From a virus, in IMG/VR virus record IMGVR_UViG_3300046468_002660: a stretch of DNA of 64,000 nucleotides. One strand, 5' to 3'. Position 1 is the stretch's first letter; the number at the start of each line of letters is the position of its first letter. The notes beneath the pieces were generated by a model, which did not search any database, had not been told where the DNA came from, and saw nothing but the letters and a program-made list of their open reading frames with translations. This document shows positions 29,987-41,800 of the stretch, one piece after another. Both the position numbers and the translations under genes were made by a program.

Positions 29987-30197
29987 ATTTGGTTAAGGTG
30001 TACTCTATTTTAGACTCAATATTATCATTCGTTTCTTCGGAAATGTCAAGGGATAAATCTTGCGATTCAGTTCCCATAAGCATCTCCAACCACTTTTTAG
30101 AAACAGGAACTTTGGTTTTTTTTCCAACCCAATCTCCTAGTTCTTCGTAGCTTATTTCCGTATAAGGGCTATATCCTTTTGGTCTTCCTCTTTTCAT
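29973..30197 (-). CDS. Small protein with AT-hook-like KRGRPK N-terminus
   Basis: Leaderless promoter TTGACT-17-TAAGAT; co-transcribed with ruvB. Confidence 0.55.
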   Translation of the reverse strand: MKRGRPKGYSPYTEISYEELGDWVGKKTKVPVSKKWLEMLMGTESQDLSLDISEETNDNIESKIEYTLTKFDDE

Positions 30198-30221
30198 ATC
30201 AATAATCTTATAAAAAATGTT

Positions 30222-31136
30222 TCATCGAGTCAAGATTTTTCCTGAAAAAATTTGTCCATTATATTGAAAATCTCTCAACTTTAATACAGCAGAACGATTC
30301 AATCCTTCCTTTGACCAAATAACTTCGGCATTTATTTGAGAGGCTAACTGATTCACTGCATCATCCAAGTACCTTTCTGTGATATAAACTTTTTTATTAT
30401 TTAAATAATCACGAAGAGGTTTGGGGATATTGTTATTTTTTTTCGTCCAATCGCTCCAAGAAAAATGAGAAGCCATAGGTTCTAAATATAAATTTAAGTA
30501 GCGACCATTTGTCTTTTTCATGAACCAAAAAGTCTCTGCGATAGAATCGTGAATACAATTTCTCCAAACTTTTGGTCTATCGTTTTTTGGGCAAGTTAAA
30601 TGAAGAAAATAATTTTTTATTTTAGCGTCATAGACTACTGCTGAATCGAATTTGTATTCTCCATCAGCAGTTTTTGTTTTTCTCAAAGAGTAATCTAAAG
30701 AAAGAATTATTTGTGTATTAAATCTGAAACCAAAACGATTATAATCAAATTTATCTCTGATAAATTCTTGGTAACTCATCCAAAACCAAAGCCCATCTCC
30801 GATCAAATCTCTTCCACATAATTGTCCCACAAAAGTATATATTTTTCTTAAAGCAATAATTGCTAAATCCCCTCTTTTTCTTTCGCGGGGATTAAGACCT
30901 TTGTGTTGACCTTTGTATTTTGACGGAAACCATGATTCACCGCCACTAACATTTAAATCTTTATCAGAGATATGTTTGTGTATGACGAGTTCCGAACCTT
31001 TGAATGAGTGATTGTTATAGACTCCTTCAACATTTAGATAAAGACCATTAGGAGTTTGTTCGGTTTCAAACCTAAGATTTATCTTTGCGTAGATAAATAA
31101 AGGGCAAAGCAGTATTATATATAATATATGTTTCAC
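30222..31136 (-). CDS. Secreted/membrane-anchored hypothetical protein
   Basis: N-terminal signal-like segment, 304-aa ORF. Confidence 0.55.
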   Translation of the reverse strand: MKHILYIILLCPLFIYAKINLRFETEQTPNGLYLNVEGVYNNHSFKGSELVIHKHISDKDLNVSGGESWFPSKYKGQHKGLNPRERKRGDLAIIALRKIYTFVGQLCGRDLIGDGLWFWMSYQEFIRDKFDYNRFGFRFNTQIILSLDYSLRKTKTADGEYKFDSAVVYDAKIKNYFLHLTCPKNDRPKVWRNCIHDSIAETFWFMKKTNGRYLNLYLEPMASHFSWSDWTKKNNNIPKPLRDYLNNKKVYITERYLDDAVNQLASQINAEVIWSKEGLNRSAVLKLRDFQYNGQIFSGKILTR

Positions 31137-31306
31137 AAGAATTTGTATAAGATATTCAATTGATTAACTCCGCAGTATTTAGCAAAATAAGCACAAAATT
31201 CCGCAACTTTTTGGGGTGACCATTGTTCTTTTTGCATAATATTTCCGAGTTCGGCATATTCGCCATCGTTCCATAAATCAGTTAATGTAATGTATTTTGT
31301 TTTCAT
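31133..31306 (-). CDS. Small hypothetical protein (57 aa, not in ORF track)
   Basis: MKTKYITLTDLWND...YKFL; stop overlaps the next GTG start. Confidence 0.5.
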   Translation of the reverse strand: MKTKYITLTDLWNDGEYAELGNIMQKEQWSPQKVAEFCAYFAKYCGVNQLNILYKFL

Positions 31307-31338
31307 AATGAGTTTTAATAATTAATAATATGTTGACC

Positions 31339-31405
31339 ATCATGAATCAAAAAACATAATCTGTCAAGCTTTATTGTTGACAACCTAATTAAATTTATGT
31401 AGTGT
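31339..31405. promoter_or_regulatory. Back-to-back divergent sigma70 promoters at the strand switch
   Basis: TGTCAA (31362-31367) and TTGACA (31377-31382)-17-TAGTGT. Confidence 0.7.
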
Positions 31406-31411
31406 AATGAT

Positions 31412-32407
31412 ATGACACAAATACTAGGTTTAACTTGCATCAGTGAAGAGTTGAAGGATAGAGACAAGAAGAAATATTCTTTTCGTACAATGACTCGTAA
31501 AAGATTTAATGACTTGTGTAACCAAGAAAGTAGAGATGAAGCAGTCAATCAATTATCTGAAAGAGTTTTGCACAATGTTATTGTTACTCAATATATTGTC
31601 AATCATTGTCATTCCTCAAATATTAGGCATTATCGTCTTAGTTCTGCTCTTTTTCCTCTCCTTACCGATAAAACTTTGGACATCTCTTTTGAAGATTTGC
31701 CTCACAAAGCTAGAATCGAAGGAGAATTAGAACTTATTGGATTAATCGCTAAAAAGTTCGACATCTCAATAGGTTCGCATCCCGATCAATTCAATGTTCT
31801 TGCGTCTACTGACAGAGAAAAAGTTGATCGCACAATAAATGAACTAAATTTTCAAGCTAGTGTTCTTGATATGATCGGGTTGCCTCAAGATCATACTACT
31901 CCAATGAATATTCACATAAACTATACTCCAAAAACGGATGAAAGTTTAGAAATAGTTGCAACTAGATTTTTTCGCAATCTTTCTATGTGCGACAAGGGTG
32001 TTTACAAACGATTAACTATTGAGAATGAAGATAAAGGTTTTTTCAATGTAGATAATTGTATTGAATTTAGCAATTACTTGTTTGAAACATTCGGGGCAAT
32101 GATCCCTGTTTGTTTTGATAATCTACATCATATGTGTAATCCATCAGAAGAATCTTCCGTAGAATGGCAAGCCGAGCGTTGTGCTTACACATGGGTTAAC
32201 AATGGAAAAGGTGATAACAATTTTATTTCCCCTGTGTTTCATTGGTCAGAAGGTACTCCCGAAAAACCTCGATCTCACGCAGATTATTTTGCTCTAGGTC
32301 GATTTCCACCAAATATTGCCATTGAACCCGATAAACCTGTTAAGTGGGAATGTGAAGTAAAACAAAAAGATAAAGCTATCAAATTACTTCAAGAGCAAAT
32401 GTCATGA
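31412..32407 (+). CDS. uvsE: UV-damage endonuclease UvsE/UvdE
   Basis: YRLSS.LFP, HPDQF.VL, NIH, RLTIEN.D, FD.LHH, HWSE, HADY, E.K.K. Confidence 0.9.
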   Translation: MTQILGLTCISEELKDRDKKKYSFRTMTRKRFNDLCNQESRDEAVNQLSERVLHNVIVTQYIVNHCHSSNIRHYRLSSALFPLLTDKTLDISFEDLPHKARIEGELELIGLIAKKFDISIGSHPDQFNVLASTDREKVDRTINELNFQASVLDMIGLPQDHTTPMNIHINYTPKTDESLEIVATRFFRNLSMCDKGVYKRLTIENEDKGFFNVDNCIEFSNYLFETFGAMIPVCFDNLHHMCNPSEESSVEWQAERCAYTWVNNGKGDNNFISPVFHWSEGTPEKPRSHADYFALGRFPPNIAIEPDKPVKWECEVKQKDKAIKLLQEQMS

Positions 32408-32955
32408 AAAAAAATATTAAAAAATTATCCATTGGAGATTACATAAAAGAGAAATCTTTTAAATTTAAAAGGCGAGTTGGTTTAGTTACTACTATTCTTG
32501 ATGATAATCAAGATAACCCAACAATAGAATGTATTTTAGTTAATTCAAAAACATTATTGCCGATTGAAAATTTTCATGGAAAACATAAAATATTTAAAAT
32601 AAAAAGAAATAACATCAAATATCATGTGCCTCGTCACGAATTATTTGAAAAAAAATCTTTTGAAATTGGGGGTTATATTTACTTTAAAGGGAAAACTCGT
32701 TTCAAATATGGCAGAATAATTTGCTATCTTAATCAAGAAGAAGGTTTGTACCCAAAATCTTATGATCTCCACAAACATAATGGTAAAGATTTATTGGAGT
32801 GCGTTGAAATTAACCCAAATAATTTAAAAAGAATATTAGACGAAGAAAATCATCCTCGTATTTTTATTGCCGATCCTTCTAAAGCTAAAATAGTCCTTCC
32901 TTTGGATAAAGATGAGCATGGCAATTCAATAATACCAAGAAAACTTGATATATGA
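32404..32955 (+). CDS. Hypothetical protein with an internal two-fold repeat
   Basis: IGDYI...ECI vs IGGYI...ECV halves. Confidence 0.5.
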   Translation: MKKNIKKLSIGDYIKEKSFKFKRRVGLVTTILDDNQDNPTIECILVNSKTLLPIENFHGKHKIFKIKRNNIKYHVPRHELFEKKSFEIGGYIYFKGKTRFKYGRIICYLNQEEGLYPKSYDLHKHNGKDLLECVEINPNNLKRILDEENHPRIFIADPSKAKIVLPLDKDEHGNSIIPRKLDI

Positions 32956-33053
32956 TTAATTATTTAATTAATATTCTATTAATTTTAGCAATCGTAGCAT
33001 TTAGTTGTTTATTAATGCTTGACTCTTGATATTATTTATGCAACATTATTGGC

Positions 33054-35348
33054 ATGGCAAAAAAACAAAAGGTCAGAAAAGCTCCCAAATACCGCTTGCG
33101 TAAACTTAGCTTTGGGGAAGATAAAAAAAAGTATTTTCCACGACCATACCAACGAAAATCATTGGATGAAATCATGCATGGATTCATGGTTAATAAAGTT
33201 GATCGAGGTCAAGCGATTTTACCTTGTGGTGCAGGAAAAACAGCTATAGCTCTTTGGGCAATCGAAGCTCTTCAATCAAAGTCTACATTAATGCTTTGCC
33301 CTAGTTTGTTTTTGGTTAATCAAATTTATAAATTCTTTGCTAAAAATTTGCCTAAAAACATTCAAGTTTTATGTGTTTGTTCCTCAAAGGATGATTTAGG
33401 CAATGGTACTGACCAATGGAATCCTAAAGAATTTATTGATGATTTAAATCCTACAACAGACCCAAAAGAAATAGCTGATTTCATAAAGTCTCCAAAGCAA
33501 GGTATGGAAAAAAGAAGAGGTAAATCGGGCTATATGTCTCGTCATCAAAAATTTATTATTATTTCCACTTACCAAAGTTCGCCTCGTATAACAGAATCGT
33601 TTAGTTATTTAGGTAAAAACTTTCAATTTAATTTAGCTATTTGCGATGAAGCACATAGAACAGCGGGAAAAATAGATAAGCAAGCGACTGATATCCACTT
33701 TGACGCTAAAATTAGATGTCAACGCAGATTATACATGACTGCCACTCCTAAAGTTAGTCGATCCTCTGATCAAGATTGTGCTTCTATGAGTGATGCCTCT
33801 GTTTATGGGAAAGAATTAACCTATATGTCATTCAATGATGGCATCGAGAGTGGGTTTCTCTCCGATTTTCAAGTGCAAATTTGCGGTCATGAGCAAGCTG
33901 ATATTTTATTAGATCAGCAAGATGAGCAAAGTGCAAAAATTAAAATAGCTGAACAATTTCTTGGTCGCAACAATTGCTCCCATGTTGTAGTTTTTTGCCA
34001 AAATATTGAGAGAGCTAAATTTTTTGCAGATAATATTAAGCTAGAAGGTTTTGAAATTTTTCACATCAATGGGGATATGCCAAATAAAACCGAAATCCTA
34101 CAACGATTTAGTGCTTCACCAAAAGCTCTCATTACTAATGCTAGATGCTTAACTGAAGGAGTTGATATTCCGAACATTGATTGCGTTATATTTAATGACC
34201 CAAAACAATCAGTTGTTGACATAGTTCAAGGTATTGGTAGAGCTTTGAGGGGTGGAGATAAGGTCAGTCAAGTTATGATTCCTCTTTTGCAATCTGATAA
34301 TGAATTGATAGATGATCTAGTTGTTGCAAAACATTATAAATCAATTTTAAATGTTGTTCGTGCAATCATGAGTCATGATCAACGAATTGCAGAAAATATC
34401 AATGCTTATGTTCATGCTAATGACGCAGAAGCTTTAGACAGGCTTCGTGCAACCATTGTTTTTCAAAACTTACCACAACTTTTGGAAGATGGTTTAATTG
34501 CCCATACTCTCAAAAGATCAAGTCCTTTTTTGCCATTAGGTCAAGCATTAAATTTTACACATAGCTTGGGTTTTTTATCAAGCGAAACATGGGAAGACTA
34601 TGCTTATTCTCGCAAGCCTTTCCCCAATTTACCCGAAAAACCTAGCAATATTCCTGCTAGTCCTGATGCTTATTATAAAAGAACAGGCGAATGGATATCT
34701 TGGGGGCATTTTTTAGGCTATCGAAATAAATACCAAAAGTGGATGTCTTATGATGAGGCGAAAAAGTTCGTGCATTCTTTAAAACTTAAAAGCCAACAAG
34801 AATGGAGAAATTATATTAAAGGGCAAATTTTAAATCTTCCTGCTAAACCCGAAGACATTCCTAATGCACCCGAACAAACTTACGGAAAAAAAGGTGATTG
34901 GGTTAATTGGGGTGACTTTTTAGGGTATAAAAACCTTCACCAAAATTGGTTATCGTATGAAGATGCAAAGAAATTCCTACGCCCTTTAGGTTTAAACTCT
35001 AGCGATTACAAAAAATGGGCGAAAGGCGAAATGCCACACTTACCTGCGAAACCAGACGATATTCCGTACGATCCAACCAATGTTTACAAAAGAACAGGTG
35101 ATTGGATTGATTTTGGTGACTTTTTAGGATATGATCTATGCCGTCAAGATTGGTTGGAATTACATGAATGTCCTGTATTTGTACATCCTTTAGGCTTAAA
35201 AAGCTATAAGGAATGGAAAGATTATTGTAATGGACTCATGCCTCATCTACCAAAGAAGCATAAGCGTATAGGAAAAGCTCCTCATTTAATTTATAAAAAT
35301 GATTGGAAAGAGTTTGGGGGATGGAAAGCTTTTTTAGGATATAAATAG
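33054..35348 (+). CDS. Superfamily II DEAH helicase with four C-terminal integrase-repeat-like units
   Basis: PCGAGKT, DEAH, TAT, L.EGVD.P, Q.IGRALR; repeats P.DIP..P..Y..G.W..WG.FLGY. Confidence 0.88.
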   Translation: MAKKQKVRKAPKYRLRKLSFGEDKKKYFPRPYQRKSLDEIMHGFMVNKVDRGQAILPCGAGKTAIALWAIEALQSKSTLMLCPSLFLVNQIYKFFAKNLPKNIQVLCVCSSKDDLGNGTDQWNPKEFIDDLNPTTDPKEIADFIKSPKQGMEKRRGKSGYMSRHQKFIIISTYQSSPRITESFSYLGKNFQFNLAICDEAHRTAGKIDKQATDIHFDAKIRCQRRLYMTATPKVSRSSDQDCASMSDASVYGKELTYMSFNDGIESGFLSDFQVQICGHEQADILLDQQDEQSAKIKIAEQFLGRNNCSHVVVFCQNIERAKFFADNIKLEGFEIFHINGDMPNKTEILQRFSASPKALITNARCLTEGVDIPNIDCVIFNDPKQSVVDIVQGIGRALRGGDKVSQVMIPLLQSDNELIDDLVVAKHYKSILNVVRAIMSHDQRIAENINAYVHANDAEALDRLRATIVFQNLPQLLEDGLIAHTLKRSSPFLPLGQALNFTHSLGFLSSETWEDYAYSRKPFPNLPEKPSNIPASPDAYYKRTGEWISWGHFLGYRNKYQKWMSYDEAKKFVHSLKLKSQQEWRNYIKGQILNLPAKPEDIPNAPEQTYGKKGDWVNWGDFLGYKNLHQNWLSYEDAKKFLRPLGLNSSDYKKWAKGEMPHLPAKPDDIPYDPTNVYKRTGDWIDFGDFLGYDLCRQDWLELHECPVFVHPLGLKSYKEWKDYCNGLMPHLPKKHKRIGKAPHLIYKNDWKEFGGWKAFLGYK

Positions 35349-35386
35349 AGCTTGACTCTTAATTAATAATTTATTAAGGTGTTGGT

Positions 35387-35866
35387 ATGGTACAAATAAT
35401 AGATGGTAATCTTCTTGATTTCCCTAATGAAATAGATTTTATCGCTCACTCTTGCAATACTCATAATGTTATGGGTGCAGGAGTTGCTCGACAAATAAAA
35501 GATCGCTACCCTAAAGCTTATGAAGCTGATTGTTATGCAATGTACGAAGGGGCTAATATTTTAGGGGATTATAGTTTTTCAGTAACAGATGCTACTCAAA
35601 ATAAAGGTATTTATAATATGTATACCCAATCTAAAATTGGAGACAAAAGATCAGTTAATTACGAAGCATTTTATGTAGCATTAAATAAAGTGGCGGGTCA
35701 TATTGAATGGCAATCCAAGCATGAAGGGGTAGAAAAGATTTTGGGCTTGCCTTGGATGATTTCTTGTGGACTTGCAGGGGGGAGTTGGAATGTAATTTTT
35801 TCAATGATAAATGATATTTTGATTGACAGAAAGTTTAAAACCTATATTGTTAAATACGATGAATAA
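35387..35866 (+). CDS. Macro domain (ADP-ribose binding/hydrolase) protein
   Basis: GNLL, H.CN...MGAGVA..IK, P..CGLAGG.W. Confidence 0.85.
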   Translation: MVQIIDGNLLDFPNEIDFIAHSCNTHNVMGAGVARQIKDRYPKAYEADCYAMYEGANILGDYSFSVTDATQNKGIYNMYTQSKIGDKRSVNYEAFYVALNKVAGHIEWQSKHEGVEKILGLPWMISCGLAGGSWNVIFSMINDILIDRKFKTYIVKYDE

Positions 35867-38800
35867 ATTAGAAGAAGCAATGGGCAGAATGAATCATATC
35901 GAGCAAGATATAGAAGCAATGATATATGCAATCGGAGATTCTGCTCGCAAATATACAGAAGATGAATTATTAAATATGTTAATTGGAATGAATCAGTTAC
36001 ATAAAACTCGTTATCAAATGATGTGGCAAGAGTACGAAAATTTTACTAAAAAAAGTGTTGCCAATTTTGATTTCCACAATTATGATGGCAAAACAAAAAC
36101 AACAAATCCTCTTGATGAATACATCATAGATGGAGACGATGGAGAATAGAACAATGATTGAATTAGAAAAACCTTGGCAAGCACCTAAAGAAGTTGCGTT
36201 AGCAATAACTGATTTAGCGTTAACTCATATCAAAAAAGTTGAAGCTAATCCCGAAGTAGAAACTGAAGGAGATAATTTTGATTATTGGAATAGCTATGAG
36301 CTAGAAGATGGTACTTATATAGATTACAATATCTATTGTGGTGATGATATTGGAGAATTTACTGATGGTGGTAATTTTATATATTATGATCCTAGCGAAT
36401 GGACTTGGGATGTTGCTTGCTATGCAGTTGATCCACCAAATGAAGATAATCCTTATCATCAAATAGATACAGATAGAACACAATATTTATTTAGTTACAA
36501 CAAAAAAGGAAATAGAGAGGTAGAATTTGAATCATGAAACATATCCACTTATACATATTATTCCCCATTTTCTTGTCAAGCGTCCAAGGAGAAAAAGGTT
36601 CAATTTGGGATTTCTCTAAATTTAACAATAGTGTTAGAGTTATTGATGTAAATAAAACTTCAAATAAACAACAAAGTTTTACAGAAACTAGGCAATGGGT
36701 TATTCATCTTGAGAAAAAAAAAGAGCAAGAATTTTCAAAATATAAAGAAGTGTTTCAGAAAAACAAAAAACAATGCAAGTGCAGAGAATGTTTTGAAAAA
36801 GCAAAAGCTAAAGACTCAAAGCTTAGATATGTTGACTATCTTCATCAACTTCATAAAAACAAATAAAATAGAAAAAACCATTCTAAATATTATTATATAA
36901 ATAATGAAATATTTATTTTTGTTATGTTTGTTTATAGCGGGGTGCGGTCAAAAAAAACCTATGCCAACATTGCATAATTACCCAATGCTTGACCCACATA
37001 ACTGCCCTTTACCAACAGATGATTATGACAATCCTATTTTAAAAGCACAAGCTAAAACATTAAATATGCGTTATGTGGATTACCTTCATTTCGTGAATAA
37101 CAAAAAAAATGAAGAAGTATTGGTCTTGGGCGAGTGAACGATTGGTTGGCTTTTTTACTTATAATGATTATCTTGTCATTGAGCTTTTGGTTATTTTTTT
37201 CTTGACGGCTGTTATATTATTTGCTAATGTTTGAGTTATGAGCGGAGAAGGATTATCAGTAAGTTTTAGAAGAACGCAAATGACTACAAAGTCTAATCAA
37301 GAACTCCTTGCGGAATTTCAAAAGATTATCTATGCGAGTCCTGTCACTAGACACATGAAATGGTATGGCAAAGATCATAGCGTTGACATACTAGAGCATG
37401 GTGACGATAATCGCCAAAAATGGGAGCAAGAATATGTTGCAATCAAAGATACTTTTCAATTTGAGATTAGTGTTTGCGAGTCTTGGTATAAAGATGCCGA
37501 TTTATATGAGTCACATGAAAGAGAAGATAGTTTTGTTTCTCTTGCTAGAAGGTTTGCAAACGACAATGCTCTTATGTATTTTCCAAATGGTTTCCCTGCT
37601 GAATGGATAGAGACAGAAACTGCTGATGGAGAAAGGTGTTGGAATCATTATAAAGTAAAACCCAATGATAAAAACATTGACAAGATATGCGATCTATGGT
37701 ATCGTTATGGAATAATGAACTTACAAGCATTTGATAAAGAAGTCGAATCTCAACTTTGGGTTGAAGCTAGAGATAACATAAAAGAATTAATGGAGTTAAA
37801 TTATGAAAATACAAAGTTGGCTAACAATTAGACAAGAAGACGATACAGATGATTGGTCTGCACCCATTATGTGGTTAGACGATATGTCCGAAGATGACCT
37901 TTTTCCATCTGATGATTTAAATATTGATTGGGTAGAAGAAATGGACAAAGAAGGAGCACCAATTTTGGAAGATGACCATCTTGGCAGAGATATTTGCATT
38001 GAAGTCACTTGCCCATCGAAAAAACTTGACAAGCGTAGGGCGGTAGGTTACAATATAGACTTTGATTGGAACTAATTATGAAAATATCAATTACAACAGA
38101 TAAAAAAGTATTTAGTGTTGAAGATGAATATGGATTTGATTGCTCAACTATTCAGGATGCAGTGGAAATGTTCAAAGGCTTACTTGTATGTGCAGGATTT
38201 CATCCTAGTAATGTAGATGATGCTTTTAATACCGAGTACACATGGTTTACAGAAGAAGAGAGAAACGAAAATATGCAAGGACATACAAAAGAAGAAGTCC
38301 AAAATTGGCAAAACAATTTGTTTAAACAAGACGATAAAGACAATGATTATGTTTTTTAATTATGAATCCGTTTGATGAATTTAGAAGTTTAATAAATAAA
38401 ATATTTATTTTAATTATATTGATTACGATATTTTTATTTCTATTTTCTTGCAAAACTAATGCGTCAATGTACAATATTTATTTAGAGCATCAACCAAATG
38501 AACCACTTTATAGCACATCATCTCTTGAAGATGCTAAAGACTATTATAGGTATTTTAAACCATTTCATTCTGATATGTATATCACAACAATTGAAGAAAA
38601 TAATAATTTAGTAATTTTAAAATATGACTGAAAAACAAGAAGAGCAAATGCTAGAACTTTCTGCTGAATTATGTGATTTACTAAAAAACAATTTAACAAT
38701 AGCAACAATAGAGCAAAAACATAAATTTGAAGAAATGCTAGATTCAGCCTCTTTCTTTTTTGACAATTCATCTTACGATAGGTCAATTGATGAGATGAAA

Positions 38801-41800
38801 TCTTTAATTAAACAATTAAAAACACATAAAAATGATACAGATAGAGGATGCAAATAACGAAAGTTACCACATTAACCCACAAAATGTTGTCTATGTAAAA
38901 GCTAGAATTGACCCTATGAAAAGAGAAAAGTGGTGGAAAATTACTTTTGTTAATGGAGAGCAATTGCACACTAAAAATGAAGAAGGTGTTCGGTCTATTA
39001 TAAACGCAATAAAAGTAAAATTTAGAGCGTAATGGATTTTTTGCTTGCTATGGTAGTGGGTGTTGTGCTATTATATATATCAATTAATAATTTATGGAAT
39101 CACAATGATTGAAAAAGAAATAATTTTAAAAGAAACTGCCGATGGCGATTTATTTTTTACTATACCCGATGATGTTCTTGAAAGATTAGGGTGGAAAGAA
39201 GGAGACGATCTAAAGTTTGAAGAAAGAAATGCTTCGGTTTTAATTCGTAAAGTAAAATATGAAAGTGTTGAGTTGGAATTTGATGACGAAGAATTACTCA
39301 AATACATGAAGTTTGCACATGAAAAAGGGATCACATTTAACGAACTTTGTGAAGAAGCAGTTAAAGTTAAATTAAATGAGGTTGATTCTAAGTAAAATAT
39401 TATATTATGTCGGAGATTTAATTAGTAAATTGTTTTATTATAATTTTTTTTGCAGAAGAGCGAGAGTTTTATACCCAATTTATAGTAAAATAATGATTTT
39501 AAGTTCTGATCTCGACAAAGATGGAAGAACATGGAAAAGAATTAAGAAAAGAAAATTAAATGAATAATCTTTTTCCAAATAATAAAGAACCCGAAATACC
39601 GCCCGACACTTGTCCGTATATAAATTTTATTCAAGAAGTTTTAGATCAAATTAAAGATAAAAATAAATCTCAAACATTAAATTCTCAAATACAATTGATA
39701 AATGATACTCTTGAATATGTTAGAGACGCTAATTCTGCTTTAAGAGATTGTGGAAAATATTGGAAAAGAAAATATGATAGCAAAGGAAAAAGAAAATGAA
39801 CGAACAAATGATAGAAGAAATTAATTATCGTAAAGGTTATGATAAAGGATGGGCAGATGCACAAGAATATCTTGTTAAAAAATTTGAAAAAATATTATCA
39901 AAAAATTCGCATCAATCTTACGACAAGGGTTATCAAGATGGAGCAAATCAAAAAGATAATAAACCTTGCGTGTGTGGATTTTGGGGGGATAAAAAATGAC
40001 AGAAGAAAAACAAGAATATATTATAATTGATTGGAATCGCCCACATGGTCACGAAAGAGTACCAACAAATAAAAAAATTCTCTTGACAAAAGATGAGGCT
40101 TATGATTTAAATAAGTTACTTACATTAAATGGAGAAAATAAAAGATATATAAAATTGTGAAACCAATACACAACACTAGAAACTGCAATTACAGAAGGTT
40201 CTTGTACAAAAAATTAAAACACGGCAAAATAAGTGGCAAGTTTTATAAGTTTCTTTATAGAAACTTTCCCTATCGAGTTACCGCAAGAGAAGTGCAAGTT
40301 TGTGTTCAAAAAGTTCTTTACGCTGACATGAACGAAGACAAAGCTATCGCTATTTTACAAAAACAAAGCAATGAACTCAGAAGACAAAGAGAAATGGCAA
40401 AATCAAATTGGGAGTGCAGAAAAAAAATTGAAAAATAACATGAAACAAATTATACTTGAAACTTTAAAAGAAATTGCTTGTAGCAATACAGGTACTTGCC
40501 AAATAAACTTACAATCAGAATCTGCACAAGAAATGATTGCGAATAAATTGCTTGACAAGTTAGAGCCTTTTGTGCAAAATCAGACTATGCAAATAGTAGA
40601 AGATATTGTTTTATCAAATGGCGATTATGTAGGAGAAGCCCATGAATAACGAACAAATACAAAGTGTTGTTGAAGCAAATAAATTAATTCTTGAAGATAT
40701 TCTTTCTAATGATAGTTTTCAAGTTGAAGATTTACTTAGAATATCAAAAAATATGGAAGATTTAATTGAAAATCTCCACTTTTGGCTTGAGCAAGATAAT
40801 TCTGAAAGATTTTTTTACGAACTAAAAAATTATATGAATTGGTTGTTAGATAACTTTTCCTAACATGGCTTGCAAAGATAAAAATTGCGTCTGCAACGAC
40901 AACAAAAAGAAAAACATGGATACTTTAGATAAAATTAGAAAAATTCGATCTGAACGAGTCGAACAATTAAAGGAAACGATTGCCGAATACAATCCCGAAG
41001 CATTATTCGCTGATGGTCACGATCATGCTATCATGGGCTATTCTAGTGACGGCAGGGTTGTTTACTCTGCCGACCAAATAATTGGTGGACTAATGAACGA
41101 AGGCATGACAAATGAAGAGGCAATAGAGTATTTTCATTTTAATATTGAGGGTGCTTATGTCGGTGAATTTACTCCAATTTATATGTACGAGGAATAATCA
41201 ATGTGGAATTATAGAATAATTAAAGACGAAAATAATTATGGTCTTTACGAAGTTATGTATAATGACGATGGAGAAATATTCGCTCATAGCGAAAAACCCG
41301 AAATTGTTGGCGAAAACCCAAAAGATTTACTTGATACTTTAGAATTAATGATTCACGATGTAAATAAACACATTATTGATGGTAAAGAAATATTAGAAAT
41401 AGATAAAATAAAATTCGCAAAACCATGCGAAGATTATGATAAAAGTGAAGCTATAACTTATGAAGAGTTAAAAAAAATGCTTGACAAGTTAGAATAGCTA
41501 TAATAGTATTTTAGTTATGACAAAAAAAACATACGAAGTAGAAATTGCGAGTACAACATATCGTACTTTTCAAGTAGAAGCAGATTCACCCGAAAAGGCT
41601 CAAGACATTGCATTTGATGAAATGTATGAAGATTATGAGATAAGTAAGACATGGAAGCAAAATGCTGAAGTTAGTTTTATAGAAGAGCAAGAAAAACCTA
41701 AAGATGATTCGGAGCTTGACAAACTAAACCAAGACTTATAAGGTAAAGACATGAATAAACACGAAGAAGCACAAAAAATAGATAGTTTGTTTGAAGTTGA

